A stretch of DNA of 63,779 nt, counting the filler, from Squatina squatina (lineage: Eukaryota): assembly GCA_031763465.1 (NCBI GenBank). It is 4 parts of 4 records of this genome, joined end to end, with 100 filler letters (N's around TTAATTAATTAA, not from the genome) between each part and the next. Parts side by side here need not be neighbours in the genome. Positions count along the whole stretch, not along the records: positions 1 to 14,795 come from JARFOE010000192.1; 3 more parts are not named here. One strand, 5' to 3'. The notes under the pieces were generated by a model that was given only the letters and a program-made list of their open reading frames with translations, did not search any database and had not been told where the DNA came from. Within the stretch, counting starts at the first letter, position 1. Every line of letters begins with the position of its first letter. The translations under genes were made by a program, and so were the position numbers. Shown piece by piece: positions 1-14,010 of the stretch.

Positions 1-126
1 GACCTTGTCAAAAGCCTTCTGAAAGTCCAAATACACCACATCCACTGGTTCTCCCTCATCCACTCTACCAGTTACATCCTCAAAAAATTCCAGAAGATTT
101 GTCAAGCATGATTTCCCTTTCATAAA
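1..126 (-). mobile_element. CR1-type LINE reverse transcriptase fragment
   Basis: Minus strand reads PVDVVYLDFQKAFDKV, the typical CR1 RT motif; same region as in the copy at 2690-2820. Confidence 0.85.
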
Positions 127-322
127 TCGCCCTCACTCTTACCTGTCTGAAAGCCGCCATGATCACAACATCTGCAATTTTAACCTGCTCATCAAGGACC
201 CATGCCCGGAGCCAACAGGATCTTTCTTTACATATGCATGTTGCAGCCCGATGAGATCATTGAGACCTTATTGTAATTTTAACTCATGCCTGTGTCGGGG
301 AATCCACCTGGAATTAAAATCG
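125..322. repeat. Dispersed repeat (MITE-like), second copy at about 37081-37271
   Basis: Collinear similarity by eye with 37081-37271 (atcgccct..ctcttacc.gtc.gaa.gccg.catgatc.caacatctgc.attttaacctgctc ... tgtaattttaactca.gcctg.gt..gggaatccacctgga.ttaaaatcg). Confidence 0.75.
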
Positions 323-1612
323 AGGCAGGTGTCAGAGATCAATTTGTTTTTTACTTCCTGTCTTCAATTGTTTCTTTTTCTCACCTTGTCTGCAAATGCC
401 ATGGCAGGGAAGAGATTATAATCATTGGCCAGCATTCATTGAGTCGAACAGCACATTCTCCATTAGCACACTTACTTATGCAAAAGAGCTGATGTTTGGT
501 AAAAGATATATATTTGTCCATCATTGTGCAATCACTGTTGCTATGCAGCCCCACACTTAATGTAATGTGTCTTATTTTCCTTGATGTGGTTGCCTCTATG
601 CACATTCTTGTCTTTCAGCAATATAACTGAATGCCTTGCATAGATGACGATCTCCATGTTTGGCTATTCCTCAGCAACTGTATAAAGCTGTTCTTACTAC
701 TTAAAGATGATTCATTTCTTTTGTGCATCGCGTCATTCTCTATGTATATTTTTCTATGGAAATAAGATCTACACTTTGTGTCAGTGATCTATTTACCTTC
801 ACCACCGCTCATTCACTGTTGCTTGTCAGTCCCTATCCTTGATGCCAACGCTATGTGCTCCACTTCTTATTGGTTCTCTGAATATGATGCTCCCAGTTTG
901 GACGTGTCTTGTGTTTCACCTGTGCGAACTTTTCACACCCTTCAGTGCAGGATTGTGTGGCATGCATACCTTTTCAACATCATCACTACTTCAGAAAGTG
1001 GTATATTTCTTTATGCTGTGCCGCCTCTGGCTGTATCAGTCTAATTGCACTGACATATAATAACAAATTACTACTCTACTGGATTCTCATTCCCAAGAGT
1101 CTCTTGTTGTTTACGGATGCTTAATCTTTGCTGCTAGTTGGTCGATAGCCAGTGTGACTAGAAACTGCAGTGACTGGTAGGGGGCATTGTTATTCAGGCT
1201 GAAAATGCACCGGTGTATTGCCACGAACAGCAGGCAAATATGCGTTATTAACTTTCTTAAGAGGTAATAGTGTTATCAGACAAATGTATTTTGATTGTCA
1301 TTGATTGATTTTGGCAGTATTGATTTAATGGGTTGGTTCAGCTTCAGGTTCAACAGCTTTTAGTCAGTTTAGACCAGACCAAACCAAACCCAAGGCTGAA
1401 CTAAGTGCTACTTCAGTCAGCCCTATAATAAATCACATCTGTTATGCAGAATAAATGTCTTACGCATGAACTTTACCTTAAAAAGTCCTTGATATGGCCG
1501 AGTATATATTGCTTTTTATTGACCCCTCTGTATTCATCAAGTCATTTTTCCAAAAATATAAGTATCAAGTGGCAAATACTACAGCAGCAGAATATTCTTT
1601 ACAGTTACATCT

Positions 1613-3193
1613 TACAGAATCATAGAACCATACAGCACGGAAGGAGGCCATTTGGCCCGTCGTGCCTATGCCGGCTCATTGAAAAAGCTATCCAATTAGT
1701 CCCACTTCCCCGCTCTTCCCCCGTAGCCTCGCAAATTTTTTCTTTTCAAGTATTTATCCAATTCCCTTTTGAAAGTTATGATTGACCCTGTTTCGACCAG
1801 CCTTTCAGGCAGTACATTGCAGATCATAACAACTCACTGTGTAAACATTATTTTTCTCATCTCGCCTCTGGTTCTTTTGTCAATTACCTTAATCTGTGTC
1901 CTCTGGTTTCCAACCTTTCTGTCACTCAAACAGTTTCTCCTCATTTACTCTATCAAAATCCTTGAAGATTTTGCACACCTCAATCAAATCCCCACTTTCT
2001 CTAGTCTTTCTACGTAACTGAAATCTTCCATCCTGTAATTCCAGTAAATCTCCTCTGCACCCTCTCCAAGGCCTTGACATCCTTCCTAAAATGGACACAA
2101 TACTCCAATTGAGACCGAATCAGTGTTTTATAAAGGTTCATCATTTCCACGCTGTTGTACTCTCTGCCTCTATTTATGAAACCCAGGTTCCCGTAAGTCT
2201 TTTTAATCACTTTCTCAACCGACCCTGCCACCTTCAATGAGTTGTGCTCATATGCCCCCAGGTCTCTCTCTTCAAGCACCCACTTTAGGATTCTAATATA
2301 AAGTCAGTTATATATTGCTTCTCCTTGTTCTTCCGACCAAAATGTATCATTTCACACTTTTCTGCCTTAAGTTTCATCTGCCACATTCCACCAGCCTGTC
2401 TGTCCTCCCGAAGTCTATCAGTCTCCTCCTCACTGTTCACCATACTTCCAAGTTCTGTGTCATCTGCAAGTTGTGAAATTGTGCCCTGTACTCCCATATC
2501 CACATCATTAATATAGATCAAGAAAAGCAGTGGCCCTCGAACCGACCCCTGGGGAACCCCACTGTGTACCTTCCTCCAGTCCGAAAAACAACTGTTCACC
2601 ATTACTCTCTGTCTCCTGTCACTGAGACAATTCTGTATCCATGCTGCCACTGTCCCTCTTATTCCATGAGCTTTAACTTTGCAGGCGAGCCCATTATGTG
2701 GGACTTTATCAAATGCCTTTTGGAAATCCATGTACATTACATCAACCACATTACCCTCATCAACCCTGTTTCCTGATCAAAAAACTCAATCAAGTTGGCT
2801 AAACATGATTTTTCCCTTTAACAAATCAGTATTGGCTTTCCTTAATTGTCCAAGTGATTTAATTTTGTCTCTGATTATCATTTCTAAAAACTTCCCCACT
2901 ACCGAGGTTAAACTGACTGGCCTGTAGTTGCTGGGTTTATCTTTACACCCTTTTTTGAACAAGTGTCTAACATTTGCACTTCTCCAGTCCTGTGGCACCA
3001 CCTCAGTTTCGATGAAGGATTGGAAGATTATGTCCCGTGCCTCCGCGATTTTTTCTTCACTTCCTTCAGCATCCGAGGAAGCATCCCATCCGCTCCTGGT
3101 GATTTATCTACTTTAAGCACAGCCAGCCTTTCCAGTACCTCCTCTTTACCAATTCTTATCCCACCCAGTGTCTCCTCTACCTCCTCCTTCACA
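1613..3193 (-). mobile_element. CR1-type LINE, 3' part of ORF2 (RT) plus 3' UTR, decayed
   Basis: Frameshifted ORFs with DKSPGADG, PQDWRSANV..FKKG..NYRPVSLTSVVGK, YMDFQKAFDKVPH, SGVPQGSV.GP.LFLIYIND, LADD, LERVQRRFT; CR1-like 3' tail near 1613-1670. Confidence 0.95.
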
Positions 3194-5446
3194 NNNNNNN
3201 NNNNNNNNNNNNNNNNNNNNNNNNNNNNNNNNNNNNNNNNNNNNNNNNNNNNNNNNNNNNNNNNNNNNNNNNNNNNNNNNNNNNNNNNNNNNNAAAACCA
3301 AGCATGTACACTTGGTTTTATCATGCGTAAAAAAATGCAAAAAATGGGCAAGAGGTGAGGAAATATTGCAACTCTCCGCCCTGGAGACCTCTTTTCTAGC
3401 AGAAGGGGATGATCTGTCAAGCCAAATCTTGACAGATCGCAAGTGCCAAATCTCTGGGCATGTGCAGTGCAGCCCGAGATTCGGAACTTGCGAGGTTGTC
3501 CCAGGTGCATGGGAACATTATAAGCATACGGGGGGATCGCAATTTCAACCCCAGTGTCTCTAGAAAACAATTGGAAAGAAACGTGATGTTTGACCTGTGC
3601 TGAAAATAACCAGGACATGTTGCTCAGACACTGCATGCTTCCTGCAAATGTACAACGGTTCCTAGCTTCAGAAATAAATCTCCCATCTTCAATGCGATAT
3701 GCAGAAGAAAAAAGCATATAAATAAAGAGAAAACAAAAATAAAAGATTATAAAAGGTGCATTAAGTACTGAGATTTTGTAACACCAGAAGCATTTTATTA
3801 ATTTTGTTAATGCTTGGCTTCTGTTGCTGTAATGGACTTACTTAGAAAATGCTGCATTCATGCATAATCCATCATTGCAGAGAGAGCTGCACCAAGTTTA
3901 AATTTCTGATTCAAATATTTATTCATAATTCTTCCAACAGTGACTTGGGTGCTCACAATATACTTCTTGCACTGTTCTCCACAGTAACCCATCACTACTG
4001 ATAGTCACTTAGCTCAGATCCGACTGCTGCCATGCCCTCTTATTCTGTGGTTATCGATCTACTTTGCCTGTTTCACAGGACGTCAGCATAAAGCACACAA
4101 ACCACGTGTGACATTAGCTATTACCAGCGAGATTACGTCCGTAAAATGGAAAAACAAAAGGCAGAAGTTCACACATAGCGGAAGGCCTAGCCTTGTCTGA
4201 TTATAGCAAGGGGTGGGGGGGGGGGGGGCGGCGGGAGAGGAAGCAGCGTCTCCCTCCATCAGTGCATTCCCCACCCCCTCTGTGTTACTATGGCCTTGCA
4301 CAGAGGTCATAGTCATGCAGTAGTCCTGCCATCTTGCACAAATTAACCCTTGAAATGCTAAAGTAACTGTTTTCCAGCGCGAAGGGAATGGTAATATGAT
4401 CCTTAGCAGGGCTGATTTCAAATATTGTTCAAAGAAGGATGTAATACAGTTGCTGTAGTTCGAGATTAAAATATCTTTCCACAGTTATGTTAATTTCCTC
4501 TGTTTAGTTTGAATAAACCCATTCATGTGCTGAGAAACAATTCATTTATGGATTTGTTAAAACTAAGACACAGAGGACAATATTGGGGTTAATGCTTGAA
4601 ATATTAATGGCAAATGTGTTCCTAAAATATTTCACTGGAAAACGTTGCCAGTAAATTTATATTGGAGACTAGAATGATCATCACCATCGGATGTACAACA
4701 GGGCTGGGTTGTTTACAAAAAGAACCTCCAAATACTTTTGAATCTCAACTTGAATTCACCACTAACCAAGGTATACTTTAATCAGTAGAGGTATACTTGA
4801 TGTTTGGACTTGAAATTGATATTTTGCTGATCGATTTTTGGATGAGATGTATTTTAATACGGTAGTTGCGCACTATATCGTACTGTGATAGACCATTACT
4901 TTTACGAAACTGCGTATAGTTTTAACACTTGCTGTGCAGAAATCATATGAAATACCCCTCCATTGATTGATGAACAATGAGAATTCATGTGTGTGTTTCC
5001 AATAACAAATTAAACCAAGCAAGTAAAGCTTATTAGAGTCAGCAGAACCCCAAGGTGAGTCATTACTGCCTTAAACTCAATAATCAATATATTCCATCTT
5101 GCGTGTAGTTTTGCATGTTTTTTTAAAGCTCTTTTTAAAATGTTGCCATTGTGCAGCATGCACTGCTGAGTTTGGTAGTCGTGGCGTTCAGTTAGGTGAA
5201 AGGTTAATAAAGTTGATAGTGATTTATAACCTACAGGTGCATGTAACTGCAAGTATTATACTATGCGTTTTTGTAGCAGGAGGTAATCAGAAAATAAAAC
5301 TACTCTCCATAATATGCTTTTTGTATACATTCCAAAGATGGTATTANNNNNNNNNNNNNNNNNNNNNNNNNNNNNNNNNNNNNNNNNNNNNNNNNNNNNN
5401 NNNNNNNNNNNNNNNNNNNNNNNNNNNNNNNNNNNNNNNNNNNNNN

Positions 5447-5990
5447 TCACCTGTACCTGTCGCAGTGCTTACCTGTACCTGTCGCAGTGCTTACCTGTAC
5501 CTGCTGCAGTGCTCACCTGTACCTGTAATGGTGTTCATCTGTACCTGTCACAGTGCTCACCTGTACCTGTTGCAGTGTTCTCCTGTACCTGTAACAGTGT
5601 TCACCTGTACCTGTCACAGTGCTCACCTGTACCTGCTGCAGTGCTCACCTGTACCTGTAACGGTGTTCATCTGTACCTGTCACAGTGCTCACCTGTACCT
5701 GTAACAGTGCTCACCTGTACCTGTTGCAGTGCTCATCTGTACCAGTCAAAGAGCTCACCTGTACCTATAACAGTGTTCACCTGTACCTGTCGCAATGCTC
5801 ACCAGTACCTTTAACAGTGTTCACATGTACCTGTCACAGTGCTCACCTGTACCTGTAACAGTGTTGTCCTATGCCTTTTGCAGTGCTCACCTGTAACTTT
5901 AACAATGTTGACCTGTACCTGTCACCCTGCTCACTTGTGCCTGTAACAGTCACCTGTACCTGAAATAATGCTCTCCTGTACCTGTTGCAG
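5447..5990. repeat. 22-bp minisatellite (TCACCTGTACCTGTNNCAGTGY), about 24 copies, gap-bounded
   Basis: Direct tandem repeat read from sequence. Confidence 0.95.
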
Positions 5991-7509
5991 NNNNNNNNNN
6001 NNNNNNNNNNNNNNNNNNNNNNNNNNNNNNNNNNNNNNNNNNNNNNNNNNNNNNNNNNNNNNNNNNNNNNNNNNNNNNNNNNNNNNNNNNTTTAGCTGTG
6101 ATCAGAGTTCAGGACTGTTCATTGTTACAATTGATGTGGGATCAAAGATGGTGTTTTCCCAAAGGCTCTGAAGCTCACATCAAAGTTCTGAACAAAACCT
6201 TTTTAACCTTAAAAGTTTGAATTATTCTGATGTGCAATTATGATATGTTTGTAAGCATTTTGATTGTCAGGTCCTCTGTTCTGGCTTAAGGAGGTGTTAA
6301 ATTGTTTTTAGTTAGTAAGTTGCTCAAAAACATCTACCAAACGCTTCGCAGTTGTAATATTTTTCTGTCAGTCAAAAATGCAATTTTAATAAGTAGTACT
6401 TGAAATATCTTTTGATATATGTCATGGCTATCTTTCAATCAAAGCTGCTCTTTGCAATCACAGTTGCATTGTTCAGGTCATGTTGTGGAAAGTACTTTTG
6501 ACAGGACGAATGATGAATCACTTGTGTTCGAGTTGAAAAAAAAGAGAGTGAGAGGGAGAGAGAGACAGATCCGATCAGCTTTTTCATCAGGAAAAAATAA
6601 CATTCAATTCATTTCTCTTTCTCTTTCATGTCTGATGCTTTTCATTTGGAACAAGCAGTTTGAAACGTTATTCATNNNNNNNNNNNNNNNNNNNNNNNNN
6701 NNNNNNNNNNNNNNNNNNNNNNNNNNNNNNNNNNNNNNNNNNNNNNNNNNNNNNNNNNNNNNNNNNNNNNNNNNNTTCCCAATTTGTACTTTTGGCAATA
6801 AATCAACCATCTTGTTACTTGAATTAGGCTTACTTGCCTACTTAATTATAGAGAGACCAATGAAATGAATGGGGATTTGTGGCTCATGCCCAACATTATT
6901 TTCAAGGAGTTTTTTTTTCCTTTTAATCAGACTCATTTCAGACTTTTTTTTTTACCTTTCAACTCTTTTCTGGCTTTTAATGTTGCTGTGTTGTTATACT
7001 CACACACATTTGGTAACATAATTGTTTGTGATAAACAATAAAAATGTAGCTATCTTAATTGATTCTTCCACAAAATGCAGTCCAAAGTCCAATCTGTGGC
7101 TACCACTTGACTTTTTTAATGACTAATGCTCCAGCTGGAAAGTATGTGGACAACCACACAACACAATTTAGTTAAACAAAAAAAAAATACAATCTCAGTA
7201 GAGTGGTATAAGTGAAAAGCTTCTGCTTCCTTTAAAATATTTCAGCATTTATTCACACAATCAAAATACAGTGGAAACCTGACAGAAATAGGCCCAAAAT
7301 ATCACCATTATTTGACTGTTAACCACTGCAGTCTGAGAGAATTTGGTTCAATCTCAATTATGTTCTAAGTCATAGGCTTTCACAAGATTTCTCCAGCCTA
7401 AGAGATACAAGCAATCTCGAGTGTAAACCGTTTTATTAAGCAGCAAAAAGGCAGGAGTGACCACCTCACAGTCCTTATGGAGACCGCGTCCTGTCTTCAC
7501 ATGCAGGAC

Positions 7510-8371
7510 ACCTTCCATCTTGTTAGGTGGCCCCACGAACATGCCAAGTGGGATAGATAAGGAAAAGATCTAGCAACTCAAAACTGGGCATCCACAAGGT
7601 TCTGTAGGCCATCAGCAGCAGCAGAATTGTATTCCATCACAATCTGTAACCTCACGGCCCAACATATCCCTCACTCCTCTATCACCATCAAAGCAGATGA
7701 TCAACCCTGATTCAATGAGGAGTGCAGAAGAGCATGCTAGCAGCAACATCAGGCATATCTGAAAATGAGGTGCCAACCAGATGAAACCAAAAAATAGGAC
7801 TACATGCATGTTAACCAGCAAAAGTAGAATGCTATAGACAGAGGTAAATGACCCACAACTAACAGAACAGGTCGAAGTTCTCCAGCCCTGTCACTTACAG
7901 TCATGAATGGCAGGTGGACAATTAAACTAACAGGAGGAGGAGGCTCGAAGAATACCCCCATCCTCAATGATGGCATAGCCCAGCACGTGAGTGTGAAAGC
8001 CAAGGCTGAAGCATTTGCAACCATTTTCAGCCATAAAAAACAAGTGGATTATCCTTCTCAACCTCCTGAGTTTCGCTCCATCACAGATGCCTGTCTTCAG
8101 CCAATTCAATTCACACCACATGTTATCAAGAAACAACTGAGTGCACTGGAAACAGCCAAAGGAATGCCTCTGTACAATCCCAACTGGAATGCTGAGGACT
8201 ACAGAACAAGCTGCACCCTTAGATAAACTGGTCCAGTATAGCTACAACACTAGCATCTACCCAGCAATGTGGGAAATTGTGTAGGTATGTCCTGTCCACA
8301 AATGGCAGGACAACTACAACTGGCCAATTACTGCCCAACCAGCTACTCTCAATCATCAGCAAAGTGATGGA
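7510..8371 (+). mobile_element. Decayed non-LTR LINE (CR1/L2-group) ORF2 fragment
   Basis: Degenerate translation WTIKLTGGGGS.N.PILNDG..KAKAEAFATIFS ... YP.MW.I..V.PVHK...NY.P..LLSIISKVME, the region preceding the RT core. Confidence 0.8.
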
Positions 8372-9762
8372 NNNNNNNNNNNNNNNNNNNNNNNNNNNNN
8401 NNNNNNNNNNNNNNNNNNNNNNNNNNNNNNNNNNNNNNNNNNNNNNNNNNNNNNNNNNNNNNNNNNNNNNNTTACTTGATAGGCAAATTGTAAGATGTCA
8501 TAATCTTATCGGACACTATGATAAACACTCTAAGTTACATCGCAACACTAAATAGCCGGTCTTTAGCACCACAGTATAAGGTCCACTTCAGCTGTCTGCA
8601 GCAATTAGCCCCTGTGATATTGGATATTCATTTTACAGAGTTGCCAAAATAGTATTAGTTTGATAATGATTGATTGACTGTCCTATCTCCAAAGGAAATT
8701 TAGCTTTAAAGGCAAGATTTTTTTGCTGCTGAGGAGCACCACAGTGATATATTTTCTGACTGGTACCATTCCCATGTAAACGCTTGACGTACTCCTACAA
8801 AAATAAATGGGTCAACACCTGCATTAAAGAAGTGCACAGAGAGATTTGGTGCAAGTGAGTTCAATATTTTTACTGGAACAGCGTTGGTTGGAAAATATAC
8901 CCCATCGAGAGTTGTTCTGAGAACCTTTGGAAGATCCAAGAAACTCAAATTCTGTGTCGAAGGATGTTTGGAAGAAAGCACTTTATTTGAACCTCTAAGG
9001 TTTCTTGCCGAGAATAGTCAGTCGAACAGGGCGGTGTTAACTCTTTGTTGACTTTGTTTTCGACAGGCTTTGGAAGAGAATTTGGCTCCAGGTGTATGCA
9101 TTTTAAAACACTGTCTTGGAACGTGATGATTCATAATTATCGTGGCTGACTCTTCATTGGCCAGGCAAACCATTCAGTTGTCAGGGCAATAGATGGAGCT
9201 CATTGTCAAGGCTCGCCACATTGGAAGGCCGACCTGCTTGGGTGAGCATCTACTGTGTCCATATAGCTGCAATCAGCAATGGGCCAATACCCTCAGAAAA
9301 GGAGGAATTACTTGAAAATGAGCAAATTGAAAGACGGAATTAAAAACCAAATTTGGGTTCTGTTGGCTGCTTAAACTTGGGTTACATTCACTGGAGATGA
9401 GGAGCTTAAGGGGTGATCTGAATAATGTTTAAAATAAGGAAGGGAATTAACAGAGTAGATAGGGAATAAAAGTAAAATTCTGTAGATGCTGGAATCTGAA
9501 ATAATTTCCCTCTAATGGCTGTTGTATTCCCCATTTACACCCTATCTAGACGCATCTTTGATTTCTTAACTTGCTCATGACCATCTCCTTTTGTCTTGCA
9601 CCATCTCTTAATGTCCCTTAATCTTTTCTGCCTTCCACCCTATCACAGACCTTCCCTTTTGTNNNNNNNNNNNNNNNNNNNNNNNNNNNNNNNNNNNNNN
9701 NNNNNNNNNNNNNNNNNNNNNNNNNNNNNNNNNNNNNNNNNNNNNNNNNNNNNNNNNNNNNN

Positions 9763-9910
9763 TTTCAGTGCACAGCAATTCCAGGGAAAATGCAAAGAGC
9801 AGCATCAACCTCTGTACATGGCCTCTTTGACCTCACAAATGCCTTCAATTCTGTCAACTGGGAGGGGTTATGGAGGGTTCTCCTCAAATGTGGCTGCCTG
9901 CAAAAATGTT
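9763..9910 (+). mobile_element. RTE-clade LINE RT fragment
   Basis: QQFQGKCKEQHQPLYMA, then after a frameshift FDLTNAFNSVNWEGLW; resembles the RTE signature QLQEKCREQ..PLY.AF.DLTKAFDSV.REGLW. Confidence 0.7.
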
Positions 9911-12900
9911 TTTCTTCATGGTACTGATGACGTAACCAGACTGATGCAAAAATAAAACTCTCTTTGAAAATGAGAAGTGCAGCATTAAGGAAGAAGTAAG
10001 ACATTTTCCACATTCTACTTATAAATCTGGGAATAGGACATTGATGACCTTTAGTAGTTTATTTTGCAGATAAAGCTACACATTCAGCAAGTTTCTAAAC
10101 TTAACTCTAAATGATCGCTGCTGGCTGGCCGAACGAAGTCCACACTGGGGAGGGAAATTCTACCCACCCCACAAGTATCTCATGGCCTCCATTCATATTC
10201 TGCCACCTCTGGGATGCTGATGAAGCTAGGGTCATATTTATTACATCGATATGACTGATGGACAGGAAAGGATTGTGATAGATAGAATGATAGGGAGATC
10301 ATGTTTCGGGTTAAACCTCTTGTACAAAAAATAGCTAGTACCCTTATGCTCATGACGTGTAGGGAGCTTCAGGTCCTGCTGTCTCCAGGTTTATCTAAGT
10401 CTACACACTATAATACCATTTCATTTTCAAAGTAAGGCAGTTATAAAACCAAGTAGACTGTATGTCATATCAGGGAAACCTGTCTGATTAAATGTANNNN
10501 NNNNNNNNNNNNNNNNNNNNNNNNNNNNNNNNNNNNNNNNNNNNNNNNNNNNNNNNNNNNNNNNNNNNNNNNNNNNNNNNNNNNNNNNNNNNNNNNCAGG
10601 GTTAAAACCGCCCCCGAGGTAACTACAGTCGCTCTAGTACAACCTCCTACATGGTGGCTACAGAGTAACATTGACAGAGACTTGGCCAAAGGCCGTCTGG
10701 CTTCTTGTCTGAGAGTCCTAAAGAGAAAAGGAGGAAGGAAAACTTGGAGTGAGGAGAAAAGGGAGCATTCCTTCCCATACGTTCTGCTCATGGATCAGTT
10801 ACTGCTTCTTCCTTAGTGTCTCATTTTAATGCTTATTTGCTGGCAAAGGGGCACTTTTGTTGTTGTCTGATGAATTATAAGGTCATACCTCACACCCTTA
10901 GCATTGGCAAGCTGCTATCATGTGCTCTTCTCTGAATTACATTTATATTGTTATATGGAGAAATTAGTAGGAAGAAAAGTGTATCATTAGCCTGAGGTAT
11001 AACAATCTATTTGTCAGATGAGAAAATAAATGAATATTTTACTCATATTTGAGAAAAAAATCTGTAACATTGTGTATAAGGAGCAGAGATGAAAGTGAGC
11101 AGAAATAAATAGGCGCACAGCAATATAGGAACAGGAGTAGGTCATTCAGCCCCTCTAGCCTATTCTGCCATTCGATGAGACCTTGGCTGATTTGTATCTT
11201 AACTCCATTTATCCACCTTAACATGATTAAGTTCTACTTTTATCAAATGTAATTTTCATTAAATTCAGCTTATTCAATACATTCAATATACAAGTGTTTC
11301 AGGCTAGTGCTGGAAATCCCTTCAACCTAATACTATCATAATTGTATTATCAGAACATGTCATAACAGAATGCATTTTATTCCCCCGCTGCATGTCTTGT
11401 AAAGGATTTCATGTTGAAGACAAACTGGTCGTACAATGGGAAACTGAAAAGCACTGCAGCACGGTTTAATTAATCATTAACCACTGGGTTTACATTCTTG
11501 TCTATTTTGGCATGGGCAGTGAAAACTCCTAAAGTAATCATAAAATTCTTACACATACTTACCTTTAAGTTAATGATTAAACCGTATTGGTGCCTGAAAA
11601 ACCCTGAAGAAGGGGATTAGTGTGCATTATTCTGATTCTACCTGTCAGATGTATATCACAGAGACTACAATTATGGCAGCAAAACTTCCACTAACCGCTA
11701 TATTAGTGTATAATAAGGAATGCCACTCTGATTATGCTTACAGAGATTCTTCATGTAGACACCCNNNNNNNNNNNNNNNNNNNNNNNNNNNNNNNNNNNN
11801 NNNNNNNNNNNNNNNNNNNNNNNNNNNNNNNNNNNNNNNNNNNNNNNNNNNNNNNNNNNNNNNNGGCTCAACGGGCCGAATGGCCTCCGTCTGTGCTGTA
11901 ACCATTCTATGGTTCCATGAAAATCAGGCGGAGTACATAGCGAGCTGACCGATTCGCCCATTTCGTGCAGCTGCCCAAGTTGAATCTCGCCCCCTGTCTA
12001 TTTTGTAAAGTAATTAAGGAAAGGTAATCGGAAAATTGAACTGAAATTGCACTGGTTGGGTTACGCTTCAAGTTTCAACGAAAATTCAATTGCATAATCA
12101 CAAACCTAAAATCTTCCACGAACCAGCAAAATCAGGTAGCATATAGAATGTAATCATTTCTTTTCTTTCCATCTAAAAGTAATCCTTAATATATTTTACA
12201 GTTTTATTAATAAAGCTGAAAGTTTATCACCAAAAATACCCATGAGTAACTTGATTTAAAATGACTGAAAGTAGCTGAACATAAACTGTACTGAACCATT
12301 TAATAGTTTCATAGGTGGACACTACTCAGTAGTTTTAGGCATAATTCACCAACATTTTATATTCCCCGATCTACTGCGCTAGTCCAGCCAACTGTGCTGG
12401 AATCTGGGCATAAATCTAGCGGAAACAAACAGAAACGTTCCCCTTACTTTGTTTTTTGTTATTCACAATAACAGAAAGACCTGTGCCGGGTTTTAGGCTG
12501 CGTGTTTCGTAAAGCAGATGGTCAGAAATAAAGCGGTAAAGGACATATAGGGAGTGTACTGTGAATGAGAGACATCATGACACATGTGTATCTAAAAACA
12601 AGGCATACAAAGAGTCTCCTCGGAGTAGCTCCTTTTGTCCATGCCCTTTTATTATGGACAGTCAGTTAGTTTACAGAAAAGCTTCCAGGGAGATCCTACG
12701 TGAATGCTTTGTACTTTGAAATTCTTTCTGTAATCAGAATGAAGACTGCCGTTGAATCTCAGAAAGGTAGTTTTTCTTTACGTGCGATGGAAACGAACTT
12801 TAACGTACTGCCGACGTGAGCAGCAGTCTCATTTGTTACACATTGCCAACCCGTATAAAGTCGGCCCCTGCTCTTTAAGTTGTCACACCGTTGAGATATT

Positions 12901-13774
12901 TTTAAAGCTGCTGCATGATGCAAAGTTTTAAAAAAATCTGGCCCAGATTTTATTTTGCTGAGGGATCCTTTTGGCAACAAAAGTATTAAAGATTAGATTT
13001 TTGAAGAATTACACCAGAGCAACTTCTAATTTGAAATCAACTGCTTAAGGAAGGAAAATTGTACATTTAATTAGCACACCGCGATTGTCTTTATTTTACT
13101 TTGGGGCTTTGTATCTGTTCTGATTGCTGATTTTAAAATAATGGATTTCATGTTCTGTGAAGGATAAAATATATTCAGTTGTGCTTTATTGCCTTTTTTT
13201 AACTTTCTTGTTAATATGGTTAAAATCTGGTGTTAATCCTCCATTCTTCAGCTGCCTGGGTGCGTGTGAAACGCATCATGTGGACAAAATAAATCGCCAG
13301 CAGCCGCAATATTCCATTGTACGCTAAGCTTCCTTAAGGGGCCTCTTCACAGGTACTGCAAGAGCCACTCCAGCCACTTCACATATTTTCTGAAGATCTT
13401 CTCTTTATACGCACAGCACATTACTCACTAGTTGGGGAGCAGCAGAAGAAAGAAAAAAAAGGCGCAAAATGAAGGGGAGGCTGAAGTAGGCCAAACTCAT
13501 TTCTCCACACACAGGGAGATAATTGGGGCTGNNNNNNNNNNNNNNNNNNNNNNNNNNNNNNNNNNNNNNNNNNNNNNNNNNNNNNNNNNNNNNNNNNNNN
13601 NNNNNNNNNNNNNNNNNNNNNNNNNNNNNNNAGTTAGATGAGGAAAGATGGGAGGAGGCTCAAGTGGAGCATAAACACCGGCATGGACTGGTTGGGCTGA
13701 GTGGCCTGTTTCAGTGCTGTTAATCCGATATAATCATAGTACCATGGGTCTACCTGAGACTTGGTTTAACATCT

Positions 13775-14010
13775 CCATCTGAAAGATGGCGCCTTTGACA
13801 GTGCTGTGTTCCCTCAGCACGATTGGGATCTATCACATCCACCTAAAAGGGCAGACAGGCTTTGGTTCAACGTCTCATCTGGAAGACTTCACTTCTGACA
13901 GTGCTGCACTCACTGAGTGGAGTTTCAGCCCAGAATTTACACACAACGTGGATTTGAACCCACAACCTTCTGCCTCAGAAGTGGGGTGCTACCCACTGAG
14001 CCACGGCTGA
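13775..14010 (-). mobile_element. Degenerate SacSINE1/DeuSINE-like SINE fragment(s)
   Basis: Reverse complement resembles the head of the SINE at 32625-33097 (ccgtggctcagtgggtagc ... gaaggttgtgggttcaaatcc). Confidence 0.7.

Noticed and set aside
381-1044. Possible ancient DNA-transposase relic on the minus strand (RKIRHITLSVGLHS)
   Set aside because: Only a vague resemblance, many stops, no catalytic motif identifiable without a search.
5099-5814. Cys-rich ORFs (TCTCxSAHLYL repeats)
   Set aside because: Translations of the 22-bp minisatellite that also read through an N gap.
8706-9130. Exon-like unique sequence with open frames on both strands
   Set aside because: No recognisable protein family and no convincing splice-site pair.
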